A DNA stretch of 63,707 bases, counting the filler, from Nemertoderma westbladi (lineage: Eukaryota; Animalia; Xenacoelomorpha): assembly GCA_032718475.1 (NCBI GenBank). It is 3 parts of 3 records of this genome, joined end to end, with 100 filler letters (N's around TTAATTAATTAA, not from the genome) between each part and the next. Parts side by side here need not be neighbours in the genome. Positions count along the whole stretch, not along the records: positions 1 to 25,982 come from JAUCBJ010003321.1; positions 26,083 to 48,333 come from JAUCBJ010008734.1; 1 more part is not named here. One strand, given 5' to 3'. The translations under genes were made by a program, and so were the position numbers. Under the pieces are notes generated by a model. That model was not told the origin of the DNA, searched no databases, and saw only the letters and a list, made by a program, of their open reading frames with translations. Of the stretch, positions 24,926 through 37,125 are shown piece by piece (the stretch's first letter is position 1; each line of letters opens with the position of its first letter).

Positions 24926-25982
24926 ATGTCCACTATTCATAGCCCCCCTGGTTCAGTGGTTGCTAGAGAGGAGACAACCAACGTCGACACCACCACGACG
25001 ATAGTGACTACAGCTGATATTGAACCACCACCACCACTGTTAACCACCATAACCTTAGACAACAACCAACTTTCTCACGGAAGCGAGAAGTCTGGCTCAA
25101 GGGTCGCTTTGAGTCAGAGACACTCCTCACAGCGCTCACTACGCCGAGAGAATGCCGACCCTGGTGCGAATACCGGCGGCGCACGAAGGAAATCATACCG
25201 CCAACGCCAATCTGACGACGTCCCAGCAAGGAAGGTCGACATCCAGACTATCAATCGTGGACTGGGCCAACTATACCACAATATGGAGGCTGGTATATCG
25301 GAGCTGGAATCGGTCGCTATGACAACTCAACAAGGTCAGTGTACTGTAGATATGAGGCGAAAAGTCGATAGGCTTGCCAGCAGGTGGATTCAGATTGTAG
25401 ATCAATACCGCCATCAGTCTCAGTATTTTGAGACCCAGGGTGGCTCTGTCGATGAATATCAACGAGCTCAGAAAAGGTATGTACAGTGTAAGGATAGATA
25501 TACTATATTTTCAGAATGGGTAAGCACTAAGTTGGAACCAATTACATCCCGAGTAAGTACCCAAACAACCTCAGCCGTAAGTACACCCATTGCTTCTTTA
25601 GCCTGGGATAGTTACCCTATTCCGTTTGCAACAGATTCTAGTCAGCACGTGAATCGCACACTTACGCCAATTGTAGCCAGCCCAGACGTAGACAGACCTA
25701 CACTAAATTTAGCAATTAGGCCCAATAGTGTAGGTAGGTGTTCTATAGCAGGGTCGGGGGCATCTGACGCTGGATCCACAGTGTCATCTCGAATGAGACG
25801 CATAGCCGAGGCTAACCTCTCTGTTCTATCTAAGCGACATGACGAGGAGGACATGATGATGGCTCAACAGATTGAACGGGAACGGGTTCTGGTCGAGAAT
25901 AGACTTGCAACTGCGCAAGCTAGTGCTCGAATGGAAGCAGCCAAGAGGCAGGTAGAAGAGGCTAAAGAAGCTGCGAAACTAC
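24926..25982 (+). CDS. gag: Probable BEL/Pao Gag N-terminus, cut by the contig end
   Basis: Intact 352-codon ATG ORF: disordered N-terminus, helical region, then a Ser-rich stretch and RIAEANL..ERE..A coiled coil, the layout usual upstream of the BEL capsid domain. The capsid itself is not reached. Confidence 0.6.
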
Positions 25983-26082
25983 NNNNNNNNNNNNNNNNNN
26001 NNNNNNNNNNNNNNNNNNNNNNNNNNTTAATTAATTAANNNNNNNNNNNNNNNNNNNNNNNNNNNNNNNNNNNNNNNNNNNN
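25983..26082. other. Artificial contig linker
   Basis: N44-TTAATTAATTAA-N44, which puts stops in all six frames. Confidence 0.98.
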
Positions 26083-27806
26083 ATAGAAAGCTTGTCCCAT
26101 TGAATAACATAGGGAATAAATAGCGCACTGCTAGTATCCAAGGATACATAATAATACAGTGACATTCTGGAAAGCATTGACTAACGGACAAATGGCCCGA
26201 ATGTGTGTAGCTGTGACCAGTTGTGTGGTATTTGTGAGTTTATAGGTGAATGTTACTGCTAAAGTGTGTTTACAGTAGCTAGTCGCAATCGTAAAGTAAC
26301 CTAACTCTCCAAGGAATACCTGAAGTACATCTAAGCCTTTGGGACGGACAGTCGAGTGACTTGTGCCAGTTGTCGTTGTCGTTGTGCGGCTACGTCGTTG
26401 GCGAAAGTACGGCGGCGACGACACATCGGCGCTGAGGATCTCGTCCTGTCCGGGGGTTGATTGGGGTAGGCAGCGACGCCCGCTCGCCTAAATATAAACT
26501 CCTTATAATGTGGATAAACTCATATATAGCAGAAATGACGGAGTTGATAGAAGATGGTCTTGGTATCGGGGAGCGATATACTCTACTTTTACAAGCCGTA
26601 ATGGTACGTATATGGGCTTCTTAACTACTGGTCATTCTATCAATTTACACAATACGGACTATGTCGACTATATATCCTGCCCAGCGGAGTCGGAACCATA
26701 AACTGAAATTCGAATGCGAAAATTCTATTCGAAATCGGCTCGAAAGAAAAGACATTAAAGAAACAAATAAACGCGGTAACTCCAACATATATTGGTAATT
26801 CTTGATAGAAGCATTGTAACAACAAATAAATATCATCCGCGTTACCCCTACCAGATGTGCGTCTTTGGTATTATTACGATAAATGCCCTAGATCCAGCCA
26901 ATAAACGGAAAGACATAAACATCCACGGAAACGTTGTGTTAAACACAGTTGTGCTCGTTATATTTACTGGAGTTTCGAGCGAAACTTGTTTGACGTACCA
27001 CCTATGCTCACTCGGCTCGAACGATCCTGGAGTAAACCTACGATCAGAGTCCCGGAATACTCGATCAAACCTCCTCATTCCTTAGTTAGACCTCAGACCT
27101 GCGATCCTGGTGGTGTCGCGGATCCTCGTGGACTGTATTCACTGTTCAAAGATCTAGTGCTACCCTAACAATTAATCGGTAACACTCCGACAGTGATTTC
27201 TAGCTAGCCGCCCATCTTACCTAGCCGGATTGTGATGCGGACACCTAATATCACTATCCTACCGTATGGTCGTCCCCGTTTAACGCGATACAACCCTTCA
27301 TCAAGGTGAAGGAGAGTTTTGTACGAAACGAGTTAAACGTGATTCTATAAAGATCAAAAAGGAAACCTGCGTTTGTTCAGATAAACGTAAGTTATAACAG
27401 TAAGTCCAATCGATAAACGAATTGGCCTTATCTCGGTTCGATTGGGAAATCTCGAATCTCTAAGAAGATATCAAGCTTAGAAAACCCTATTCTCTGCGAG
27501 AGTTTTGGACGAACATATCCCATGACAAGCGGAGGAAAATCAGCTCGAGGAGAAGCATATCGAAATGGACGAGACACCGACAGTAAACCCAAACCTTCTA
27601 ATGCAATCATATTGCACCCTTCACCCAGGAGTTATGGCCCTCCTAGTAAAGTGGTTCCCCCCAAAGAGAAAAGGACTCTTGCTAGCTTTAAAAAACTGCG
27701 TAAACGCCGTCCGCGCGAGAAAGACTAACTGTTTAGAGTATCTTTAGGTTTTAGAAACTGTGATTTTTATATTTTATAGACTGAAAATCCCATTTTCTGG
27801 GAGCGG
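26083..27806 (+). mobile_element. 3' internal region of a BEL-like LTR element with a decayed extra ORF and PPT
   Basis: Starts RKLVPLNNIGNK*, which resembles the BEL Pol terminus. A degenerate ORF is homologous to 43570-44300. PPT GGGAGCGG (27799-27806) abuts TGT. Confidence 0.6.
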
Positions 27807-28940
27807 TGTAAAAGCCTTTGCTGAATTGCCCCGTTATTTTTATTATCTTTTACATTAAAATACTCTGTAGTTGATTTAATAAGTGTAAGAGACCGTATTA
27901 TTGCTGTATCGGTGTTTTTAGAGGATCTAAGACCTATTTCCTCCGTATGTGTACTGTGAAAGGCATATTTTATGATTCTATGGCAATTCGTGACGCAAAG
28001 GGGTGATAGCTACTCTTGAACAGTAGTTACTATGACTACGGTTAACAGCTGACATTCATACGTGTTGATTTCCTTTGTTCTACGGCGTCTCTCAGTTCAG
28101 TCAGCCAATTAGAGCGTTTTTGTGGCTCCTTGTACAGAAAATTTCCGAGAAATGACGCAATGCCTATGTGCAGTGTTTACATTCAGTCCTGAGCCAAAGA
28201 AAGAACGGCTTGGAAGTATTTTGTGCTTTACTGTTTTTAGTCTTACACTAGTAGGTTTAATTACAAGGACATATATCCTTTAACTGCTGACTGATCATAC
28301 ATGCTGACTGCTGAAACATTGCAAACTCATAACAATCAGTGTTTTCATTGATGTTTTATACTGCTATTTACCGTCAGTTCTTCATAATATGGTTGATGAA
28401 TAATTATATTTGGAATAACGATAAATAACCCCGAAACCCAATATTCTTGATATACCGAAGGTAAGAGAGAAGGGTTACAGATAAACGATTGTGACTTATG
28501 TTAAAGTGGTTTGAAGTGAATCTAATGTTATTTGATAGACCCTACATGAGTCAGTCTGTGTTCCTTTTATATGTGACTAAAATCAGTGAAGATTGGCAGA
28601 TTAGTGTGCAGTATTGTGCAGCATTGTGTATGAGTGAGTCTGTTAAAGAAGCAATTCCTAAAGAATGCGCCATATATGTGAATTATAATTAAGCCATATC
28701 GTTGTGAGTAGTTTAAGTCATAACTCTGTTTATATAGATAAAGCGCCACGTCCTAAAGGAACTGTTAATATTACCGAAGGTGAATAATATTGTCAGAGAT
28801 TATATAATACCGTCAGTCGAATAATACATTAGGCTTACATAGCAATAAAATTAAACCGTCGAACCCAATCTCCCGGGAATATCCAGCGGGTGAATGGTCG
28901 CGCACAGATTGGTTTCGACTAGTGTAGTGAATCAAATACT
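27807..28940 (+). repeat. LTR (3' LTR of the preceding element; right end approximate)
   Basis: Begins TGTAAAAG after the PPT. 27807-28500 is homologous to 45892-46540. Contains CCAAT and the splice-donor-like AGGTAAG. Confidence 0.75.
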
Positions 28941-29019
28941 TGTCATAGACTAAAAACTGATTTAATATCTAGAAGACATCTTAATTTGGTGGGTTAAACT
29001 GCCAAAAGTCTGAAAGCGC

Positions 29020-29896
29020 GAACACTAGCCTCTCTAATTTCTCTCTAGTTTTTAATTCATACGCTGCCAGATTTATCTCCTGCAACCTTCTTTCTTTTGC
29101 GGAGGATGTAGCAGACTTATCGGTTGTGACGGATTCCCTCCGCCTTCCCATCCTACTGACTCTCCCCCGCCTCCCGGAACTCCCTCCGACCGACGAGACC
29201 GAATCCTCGGGGTCAACCTCGGATTCGCCCTCCTGCGGTCTCCTCCAACCCACTAATTTTACTCCCCGGGCATCGACTAAGTATGGCCCTATGTACACTA
29301 CACTAGGCTGCATACCCTTTTACTCCCATAGTTCAAGCAGTTCGCTGGCAACCCCTCTCGCTCTCTCCTCGGCTAGTTCTCCCTGCCCAGAACGCACTAG
29401 GTAATCAAAATGTTCATTCGACTCACCTAGTCGCCTTTTCAACTTCACCTGGTCTTATCTCGGCCCCTCCTCTAGCTTCTTTCAGTTGCTCCCGGGTCGC
29501 AGCGTAGGCTCGTCGGAGCCGGACGACCCCTACGTCCTCATCACCGACATCTCCTCTCTCCCTCCGGGTCCGGCATCGTACCGGCGGCTCCACCGTTGCG
29601 TTCCAGTGGGCCGCCCATCGCCCTCGGCCTGTGGCTGGCCGGCGACATCGGTACGTCGACCGCCGCTGTGTGTTGACTCGTCTCTCCCTTCTCCCGACTC
29701 GTCCTCTCGCTGTTGTAGACGGCCCCCCTCTGTTTGGATTGCCGGATCGTTCGTCGATGGGTCCGGGGTCGTGGGTCGATACCGACTCGCCGTGGCCTCG
29801 CGGATCGTTAGATCGTCGTCCGGGGTCCGCGGCGGTGTCGTCTTTCCTTCTCTACTCATTCTCTAGTAGTTAGCTCGGGCCGTTGGTTCTTAACAC
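29020..29896 (-). pseudogene. gag: Truncated BEL gag 5' portion, relative of the 48434-56100 element
   Basis: ATG at 29859 gives MSREGKTTPPRTPDD. YIGPYLVD..PEDSVSSV..DKSATSSAK is paralogous to 54720-55480. Confidence 0.8.
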
Positions 29897-30469
29897 TGTG
29901 ACGGGATCCACCGAGGATCCCGGTTTATCCGGTTATCTTGACTACGCGTCCCCGCCGTGTATGTGAAAAGGCTGAAAGAGTTCTGATGTTGATCCATGTA
30001 TGTATAGATATATAGATAAGATGGAAATAAGCACAGGTGAATAAGTACCGGTAATGCACTGAATAAGATATGCTGATAGCAGTGGACGGGGACGGTGTTA
30101 AGAGTTCCCGTACCACCCTAACTAACTGACTAACTAAGAGTGAATGGGATAACATGATGACTGGTAATATATATTGCATGGTTGGCCACGTGGTTTTACT
30201 CAGTCGATGCTTTCCCCCCATTGGCTAATAACCCTATTTCACACCCTCTGCCCTGCGGGGGTGTTTCCCCCCCGCTTCTGTTACTTTCCTCTCTCTCAGG
30301 GGTGTAACCCCTGACCCCTATTGTGCGTGTGTTCTCTGAGGCCTATTGTCCCCGTTTACTGGGGTGACACGAGGTTAATTGGTAATCAACCTCGTGCTCC
30401 CAATATTGCTTAGAGGCGCTCTTTCCCACTTTATGGGGGTTTGGTGAGGCGGAATTGAATACGCTCACA
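29897..30469 (-). repeat. Complete 573-bp LTR
   Basis: Minus strand TGTGA...TCACA terminal inverted repeat. Homologous to the LTRs ending at 56100 and 48826. No canonical TGG-type primer-binding site follows. Confidence 0.85.
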
Positions 30470-30712
30470 GATACCAACACTTATACAACATATAACTCGC
30501 AGTTAAATATACTTGAACAGCTACTGTAAAAGAACTGCAGCATCTGCCGGAGTGACTAGAGTATTTAGTCTCATTTACTTCGATGCTAAGGAAATCACCA
30601 GTCGACCTACACCAAGCAATCCTGAAGTAGTACTGGGGTTAATTTAACTACTGTATTAAGGTACATACAACTAGCAGAATTACTGTAGGAATAAACTTAG
30701 GGACATGAATAT

Positions 30713-32554
30713 TGTGGGGCGAGTGACGAAAGTAAGCGAGCTTAGCATACTGGTACCACTAACTCAATCGGTGTGTCTGTTGATCTGTCGATCTGTTGTT
30801 CTGTGGGGCGAGCCACGAAGTGAGTGAGCCTTAGCGTAGTGGTACCATTAATCAACCTGTCGTTCTGTCGATTTTTTTGCAGTGTTCAATTTTGAACGTT
30901 AATAACTCTATCAATCCTCGATGAAATGTAACCAAACTTGGTACACAAATAGTCTGTCAAAAGTTTAGAAATTTTCCAAGTTGAATTTGCTTGGGGCCTT
31001 CGTGCAGCACCAGTGTAACTGTCTTACAGTTATAATAAATTTATTTATCCAAAATTATAATGCTTGACATCAGCAGGTTGCTAGGAGACTAAATCAGCTG
31101 GGTTTCTGGCAAATTACTACATTACAGTAATACCATTGTGGCCTGTCTGCCTGTACTGGTACTATACTCAATGTCAATCCCTGAATCAGGAATCCTGTAA
31201 TCAGACAATACAGCAATACTGCAATACCATTCAGCCATACTGTATATGGTGTTTTACGGTACTGGCTGACTGGTACCGCGGTACCAGTTCAGTCATTATA
31301 GATCACGTATACTTGTACTACAGGACAGGCCTAATTCTGTAGGCCCTAATTAGCCATATGCAGTGTGGACTCCGGACTGTTGGACTGCAGTCCTGAATTA
31401 GATTAGAGGGTCCGTTGGCGCCGTCCGCCATACCGCCCTACTACCTGACTACTGTCAGGCTGTAGAAGTATAACCGGACTGGTAGCAACTGCCTGACTGC
31501 TGAACTGCCAACTACAGAACTACCGGTACCGCGGTACGGTACTGAACTACGACAGCACTATACCGCATTTTTACGCTCCTGTCAGCGACAAAAGAAAATG
31601 AATTTCTTCGTTTACGGTTTCTGCTCTTGTTAACGGTTAAATATGTTAATTAAAGACTATGTATTGGTACGACTGACGGCGCTGGCAACTGGTATAATCA
31701 GATGTAGATGTACATACAGAAATATCAATCTGCCAATACAACAATGGCAATAGGCTTACCCCTACCAGCCATCCATTGACTCGGCAACTGCAACAATGGA
31801 AGTTATGCGGACTAACCAGCTGACCGGCATTCTAAGTTCAGGTACCCACTACCAGAGTCTACCCAGCTGCCCAGAAAAGTGTTGGAATTGAAATCAAACA
31901 ACTCACCACCAAGGCCGCCTCTGTCTGTTGACCTCAACTTTCGGTATCGCTGCCGCTACGGGCAAACTGGACTAACCATAACCGAGGATGAAATCCGGTT
32001 TTTTAATCTCACTCTGCCATCAACCAGTGCCTGGCGGTGTTGAAAATGACACGCATTGTGCAAGCAGTAGGCCTATTGCTCCGAGTTTCCGGCTGGTTGG
32101 GTGCAACTACTGCATCTACATTGCCACACTATAACTCGGGCTCATGAGGACGAGTGCTATGTAGACTATATTCCTATAAGCCAAAACCATACCTGGCTTC
32201 GCCTATTGAACGCATTATAAAGATCGTCAGTCTTCGTTTAAGAAATATATTTAAATACAAAACAGGACGAGTACTGCGTTGACTATCTTATTATATAAAC
32301 CACCTGGCTTCACATATTGAACGCATCCCTAGTTATTATTATTATAAAGATCGTCAGCCTGCGCTTGAGAAATATATTTAAATACAAAACAGGTACAACA
32401 CGTACTGTCCCTCTTTCTTTGATTGATTGGCGGTGTGGTTAAATTTCTAAATTTTACTAATTTATAAAGTTAAGTACTGATTTTGTGATACAGTCGCTCA
32501 ATTTTAATTTCTATCTCATAACTGGACCTCGTGCTGCGCAAAGGCCCCACGAAC
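30713..32554 (+). mobile_element. Helentron-associated (HINE/DINE-1-like) non-autonomous element
   Basis: Subterminal inverted repeats GTGGGGC (duplicated 5' module) and GCCCCAC. TCTGT-type microsatellite and an ACCAAACTTGGTACACA core. Internal tandem units of about 120 bp at 32165-32400. Confidence 0.6.
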
Positions 32555-32880
32555 GTGTCGTTCTGTCGTTTTGTCGCTCTTTTTGCACTGTTCAATTTTA
32601 AACGTTAATAACTCGGCCAATCTTCGATGAAATCTATCCAAACTTGGTACACATATTGTTTGGCAAAAGTTTAGAAATTTTCCAAGTTGAATTTTCGTGT
32701 GGCCTTCGAGAAGCTAAGATAATAGCAATTAATTAGTTAATTAAATTGATTACGGTAAAAACAGCACTTTCAACCTGCCTTTTAAAGGAAATTAATTATT
32801 TTACAGTATAAGATTTAAATAATTATACTTAAAAATTATACAGATGTAATCCACATACCCCATTCTATTATAGTTATTAA
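32555..32880 (+). mobile_element. Second tandem copy (5' part) of the same element, interrupted by a LINE
   Basis: Repeats 30858-31000 (CTGTCG..GTTCAATTTT..CCAAACTTGGTACACA..TTTTCCAAGTTGAATTT). Confidence 0.65.
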
Positions 32881-34684
32881 TCCGGATAGCTGGTCTACTG
32901 GTATAGTGTCTCCTATTTTTAAGAAGAAGGGCGATTTGAGAGACCCAAATAACTACAGAGGTATTACTCTATTAAGTGCATTTGGTAAGCTATTCACATT
33001 GGTATTAAATAACCGACTACAATGGTGGTCCGAAGGATTTGGAGTGGTTATTGAATCCCAATCAGGGTTTCGTTGGGGCCGCGCTACAGTAGACCAAATA
33101 TTTATACTTAAATCTATAATTGATCATTTTGCAAATAGTGGTATAGGTAAAATATATTGTGCATTTGTTGACCTAAGGAAAGCATTCGATTGCGTTGATA
33201 GAAGTGCATTGTGGGTTAAGCTACTAAAGCTGGGGTTTTCGGGGAATGTGTTAAATGTAATCAAAAGTATGTACAACTCAGTTAAATCTCGCGTTCGGGT
33301 AGATCGTGTTTATTCCAATGAGTTTATTTGTTGGTTAGGAGTACGGCAAGGCGAATGTCTCAGTACCTTGTTGTTCAATCTATTTTTAAATGATATAGAA
33401 GCCGAACTGCATAATAATGGTGTACAAGGTATCTCTATTGGTGTTCTCAAACTATTGTTATTACTTTACGCAGATGATATTGTGCTTATAGCTAACTCAG
33501 TGGAAGATCTGCAACATGCGTTTGATGTGTTGAGTAATTATTGTGCATATTGGTCGCTAACTGTTAACCTCGATAAATCAAACGTAGTAATTTTCAGGAA
33601 AGGAGGCCAAGTTTCAATGCATGAAAAATGGATGTTTAACGGCCACGAGGTCAAGGTTGTTAGCGACTATACATATTTAGGAATTATATTTACTAGTGCT
33701 AGTGGTGGTAGCTTTGCAACTGCACAGAAATGTCTGGCAGACAAAGGCGAGAAAGCGCAATTTGCGCTGCTAAAATATTTAGTCAATTTTCCTACAACCG
33801 ACTTTAAGTTGGCCTGTGAACTGTTTAATTCATTAGTGAAACCTTTTTTATTGTACGGTAGTGAAGTGTGGGGTTTTCAATCGTCGGTTGAAACAGAACG
33901 CGTGCAATTAAAATTTTTGAAGCGGCAACTTGGAGTTAAACTGACGACTCCCAATTTTATGGTCTATGGGGAATCCGGAGTATTTCCGCTTATATTGGAT
34001 AGGCATTTGAGAATTATAAAGTTTTGGCTGAAACTTGTAAAGTGTAATGATAATAGGCTTATTAAGCATGCGTATGAGATGCAACTAAATGATATCAATA
34101 CTCGTAGTATTTGTAAGAATTGGGCGTCTTCTGTGCGTGACTTAATAAATAATCTGGGGTTTAGCGGGGCCTGGGATAATCAAGGGGTGGAGAATGATAT
34201 GGTGTTTCTTTCTAATGTGAAAGATAGATTACAGGCGCAGTTTATACAGGCGTGATGGGGATCGATTGACCAGTCACCCAAGGGGTTACATTATGTGAAA
34301 GTTAAATTTGGCTTGGAAAACTATCTATCGATGCTACGTGGTCACACTGGTTTAATGAGACTCTTAGCTAGGTTTAGATGCTCATCACATGCACTGCTGA
34401 TTGAATGGGGTAGGTGGTACAGGATACCCAGGGAAGCAAGAATTTGTCCATTGTGCAATATCAACGCCATTGAAGATGAATTTCATTTCCTACTGGTGTG
34501 TGAGAGTTTTACTGAAATTCGCGAGAAATATTTCAGTGTGCGTTATTTAAACACCCCAACTGAGGGTAAATTCCGTGAGTTACTTGGGGGGAACAGCAAC
34601 AAAGCTAAGTTGGTAAACCTGGGTCGGTATTTATTTGATGCTTTTCGTCAAAGAGAGCGTGTTCTGGAGTGCAGATCAGTTTAA
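32880..34684 (+). pseudogene. 5'-truncated LINE ORF2 (RTEX-like RT with C-terminal Cys/His motif), one premature stop
   Basis: PIFKKKGD..NYRGITL, QSGFR, FVDLRKAFD, GVRQGECLS, LLYADD, YTYLG. TGA at 34253 (probably from TGG), then in-frame RICPLC..EDEFHFLLVC. Confidence 0.93.
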
Positions 34685-35192
34685 GTTAATATTTTTCACA
34701 TGTGCGTGCAATATTATAATAATTATTAATTTGTGAATTTATGAATCTGTACTACTACTGTAGGCGTGCATCAATTATTCTGTATCGTGCTGGCACTAAT
34801 AATCTTCATTGGTTTATGTGTTGAAATATATATATATTAACTAAATTAATTAGTTCAAGTGATTTGCTTTAATAATTTTGTCTTTAATTGATTTAAAGTA
34901 ATTAAAACGGCATAAAAAATTGATTCTCATTAAATACTGCTCATTTATTGGTTAACATCCAAGTTGGCTTGGTGCTGGTACATAGAATGGGAAGGATGTG
35001 TGTGTAGAACAGCCAGTTGCTCCTCAATGGGAATGCCAATGTAAGTAACCACATGTATACATGACAGGTAGACAGATTGGCCATAGCTAGCTAACGAGAT
35101 GGAAATCTGAATTCCCTACTATTCAGTATATTATTGTGTTAATGCGTGTTAGACTGATCTCATTTAATAAATGTCAGTCAATACCATTTTAC

Positions 35193-36363
35193 GGATGTAG
35201 GATAATTCGGTCCCGGACAATTCGGTCCCAGACAATTCGGTCCGGACAATTCGGTCCCGCACAATTCGGTCCCGGACAATTCGGTCCCAAAACACTAAAT
35301 AAATGGGACCGAATTGTCCGGGACCGAATTGTCCGGGACCGAATTGTCCGGGACCGAATTGTCCTAGGACCGAATTGTCCTAGGACCGAATTTTCCTAGG
35401 ACCGAATTGTCCGGGACCGAATTGTCCGGGACCGAATTGTCTGGGACCGAATTGTCCGGTTCCTGATAGCAACGTTTTAGTGCTTTTTTGATATTGGCGA
35501 ATGTTCTAGAGCATTAGTAGAGATATTTGTTATGGTAGCTAGTGTTATTTACTTGCTAGAAATTTTTGAAATTTAAAAATACTGTATTTTTTTTATTTTT
35601 GTTATTGGTAGTGTTCGAGAACATTATTATATATTATTTATTAAGGTGTAGCTAGTGTTTTTTTTTTACTAGCTAACATTTCCTTGAAATTATAAACACA
35701 CTTGTGAAAACATTGATATTTCAGAATTAGGCCTAAACTGTTGCTGATTTTAAGTACCAACAATATTGATGATATTATAACAGTCCCTGAATGAGATCCA
35801 TCTATTATCTAGGATAATAATTTAGGCTTGTTAACCAACCAACAACACATACAGTATACTTACGCAATATATAAAAAATATCAGTTTTAAAAATAAACAT
35901 TTTAAATACATACTATTACTAGCTAGTAAATAATTCACAAGCTCCATAAAAACACCATAGCTACCATAAATAATAATGCTAACAAAAAAAAGTAAATTTT
36001 TTTTATTTTAAAAAAAATACTAGCTAGTAAAAAAAACACTAGCTACCTACCATATAATAATATATATTAAGGTTCTAGAACATTCACCATTATATAATAC
36101 CAATTAAATTTGGTCCCGGACAATTCGGTCCTGGACAATTCGGTCCCGGACAATTCGGTCCCGGACAATTCGGTCCCGGACAATTCGGTCCCATTAATAT
36201 GCATGTTTTGGGACCGAATTGTCCTAGTCAGTATCCGGACAATTCGGTCCCGGACAATTCGGTCCCAAAACACAAAATTAATGGGACCGAATTGTCTGGG
36301 ACCGAATTGTCCAGGACCGAATTGTCCGGACCGAATTGTCCGGGACCGAATTGTCCTGCTTCC
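35193..36363. mobile_element. MULE-type foldback non-autonomous DNA transposon
   Basis: 9-bp TSD CCATTTTAC (35184-35192 and 36364-36372). Termini GGATGTAGGATAATTCGG and CCGAATTGTCCTGCTTCC. Inverted arrays of the 15-mer GGACAATTCGGTCCC. Confidence 0.9.
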
Positions 36364-36539
36364 CCATTTTACCACTGCAGAAGGCTTATATCCATACTTG
36401 TTTTTTCCTCATAAATAATAGGCTTATTAATTTTTGATGGGTTTTCTTTGTAGTTGAATTGTCTAAGTTTTTACACTGAGGCATTAACAGAGGGTACTGG
36501 TATTAAATTAATTATTTGAATATCATTACTGCATCGACT

Positions 36540-37125
36540 GCATTTAGTACTGCGTTCTGCGTTGATTATATTCCTATAAACCATACCTGACTTCACATAT
36601 TGAATGTATCGATAATTATAAAGATCGTCAGTCTGCGTTTAGGAAATATATTTGGACGACCGCAATGACGCTTATAATAATTAAGACGAGTATGGCGTTG
36701 ATTATATTCCTATAAACCATTCCTGGTTTCGCATATTGCACGTATCGATAGTTATAAAGATTGTCAGTCTGCGTTTAGGAAATATATTTAATTACAAAAC
36801 AGGACGAGCGCAACGATGCTTATAATAATTAAGACGATTATGGCGTTGATTATATTCCTATACACCACCTGGCTTTGCATATTGAACGTGCGATGTAAAT
36901 AAGTTCATTCTACCCTTCCATGGGTGGTAGATGTCGTGTATGTATTGGTGGTTGGGAAGGGTGGGGAGGGTGGAGAGATTAAAAGGGGTGAACATGTACT
37001 GTCCCCCTTTCTTTGATTGATTGGTGGTGTGGGTAAATTTCTCAAAACCTGATTTTGTGATACAGTCGCTCAATTTTAATTTGTATCTCATAACTGGGCC
37101 TCGTGCTGCGCAAAAGCCCCACGAA
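36540..37125 (+). mobile_element. 3' part of the Helentron-like element
   Basis: Three tandem units and the terminus GATACAGTCGCTCAATTTT..CTCGTGCTGCGCAAAAGCCCCACGAAC match 32165-32554. Confidence 0.7.

Noticed and set aside
26027-26038. ORFs ending in ...LIN* (also 48378-48389)
   Set aside because: The stop comes from the artificial linker; the real ORFs are truncated by contig ends.
35193-36363. CRISPR-like short repeat arrays (also 11160-11270, 4026-4172, 23892-24083)
   Set aside because: The repeats are contiguous with no unique spacers and no cas genes. They are explained as transposon subterminal arrays or minisatellites.
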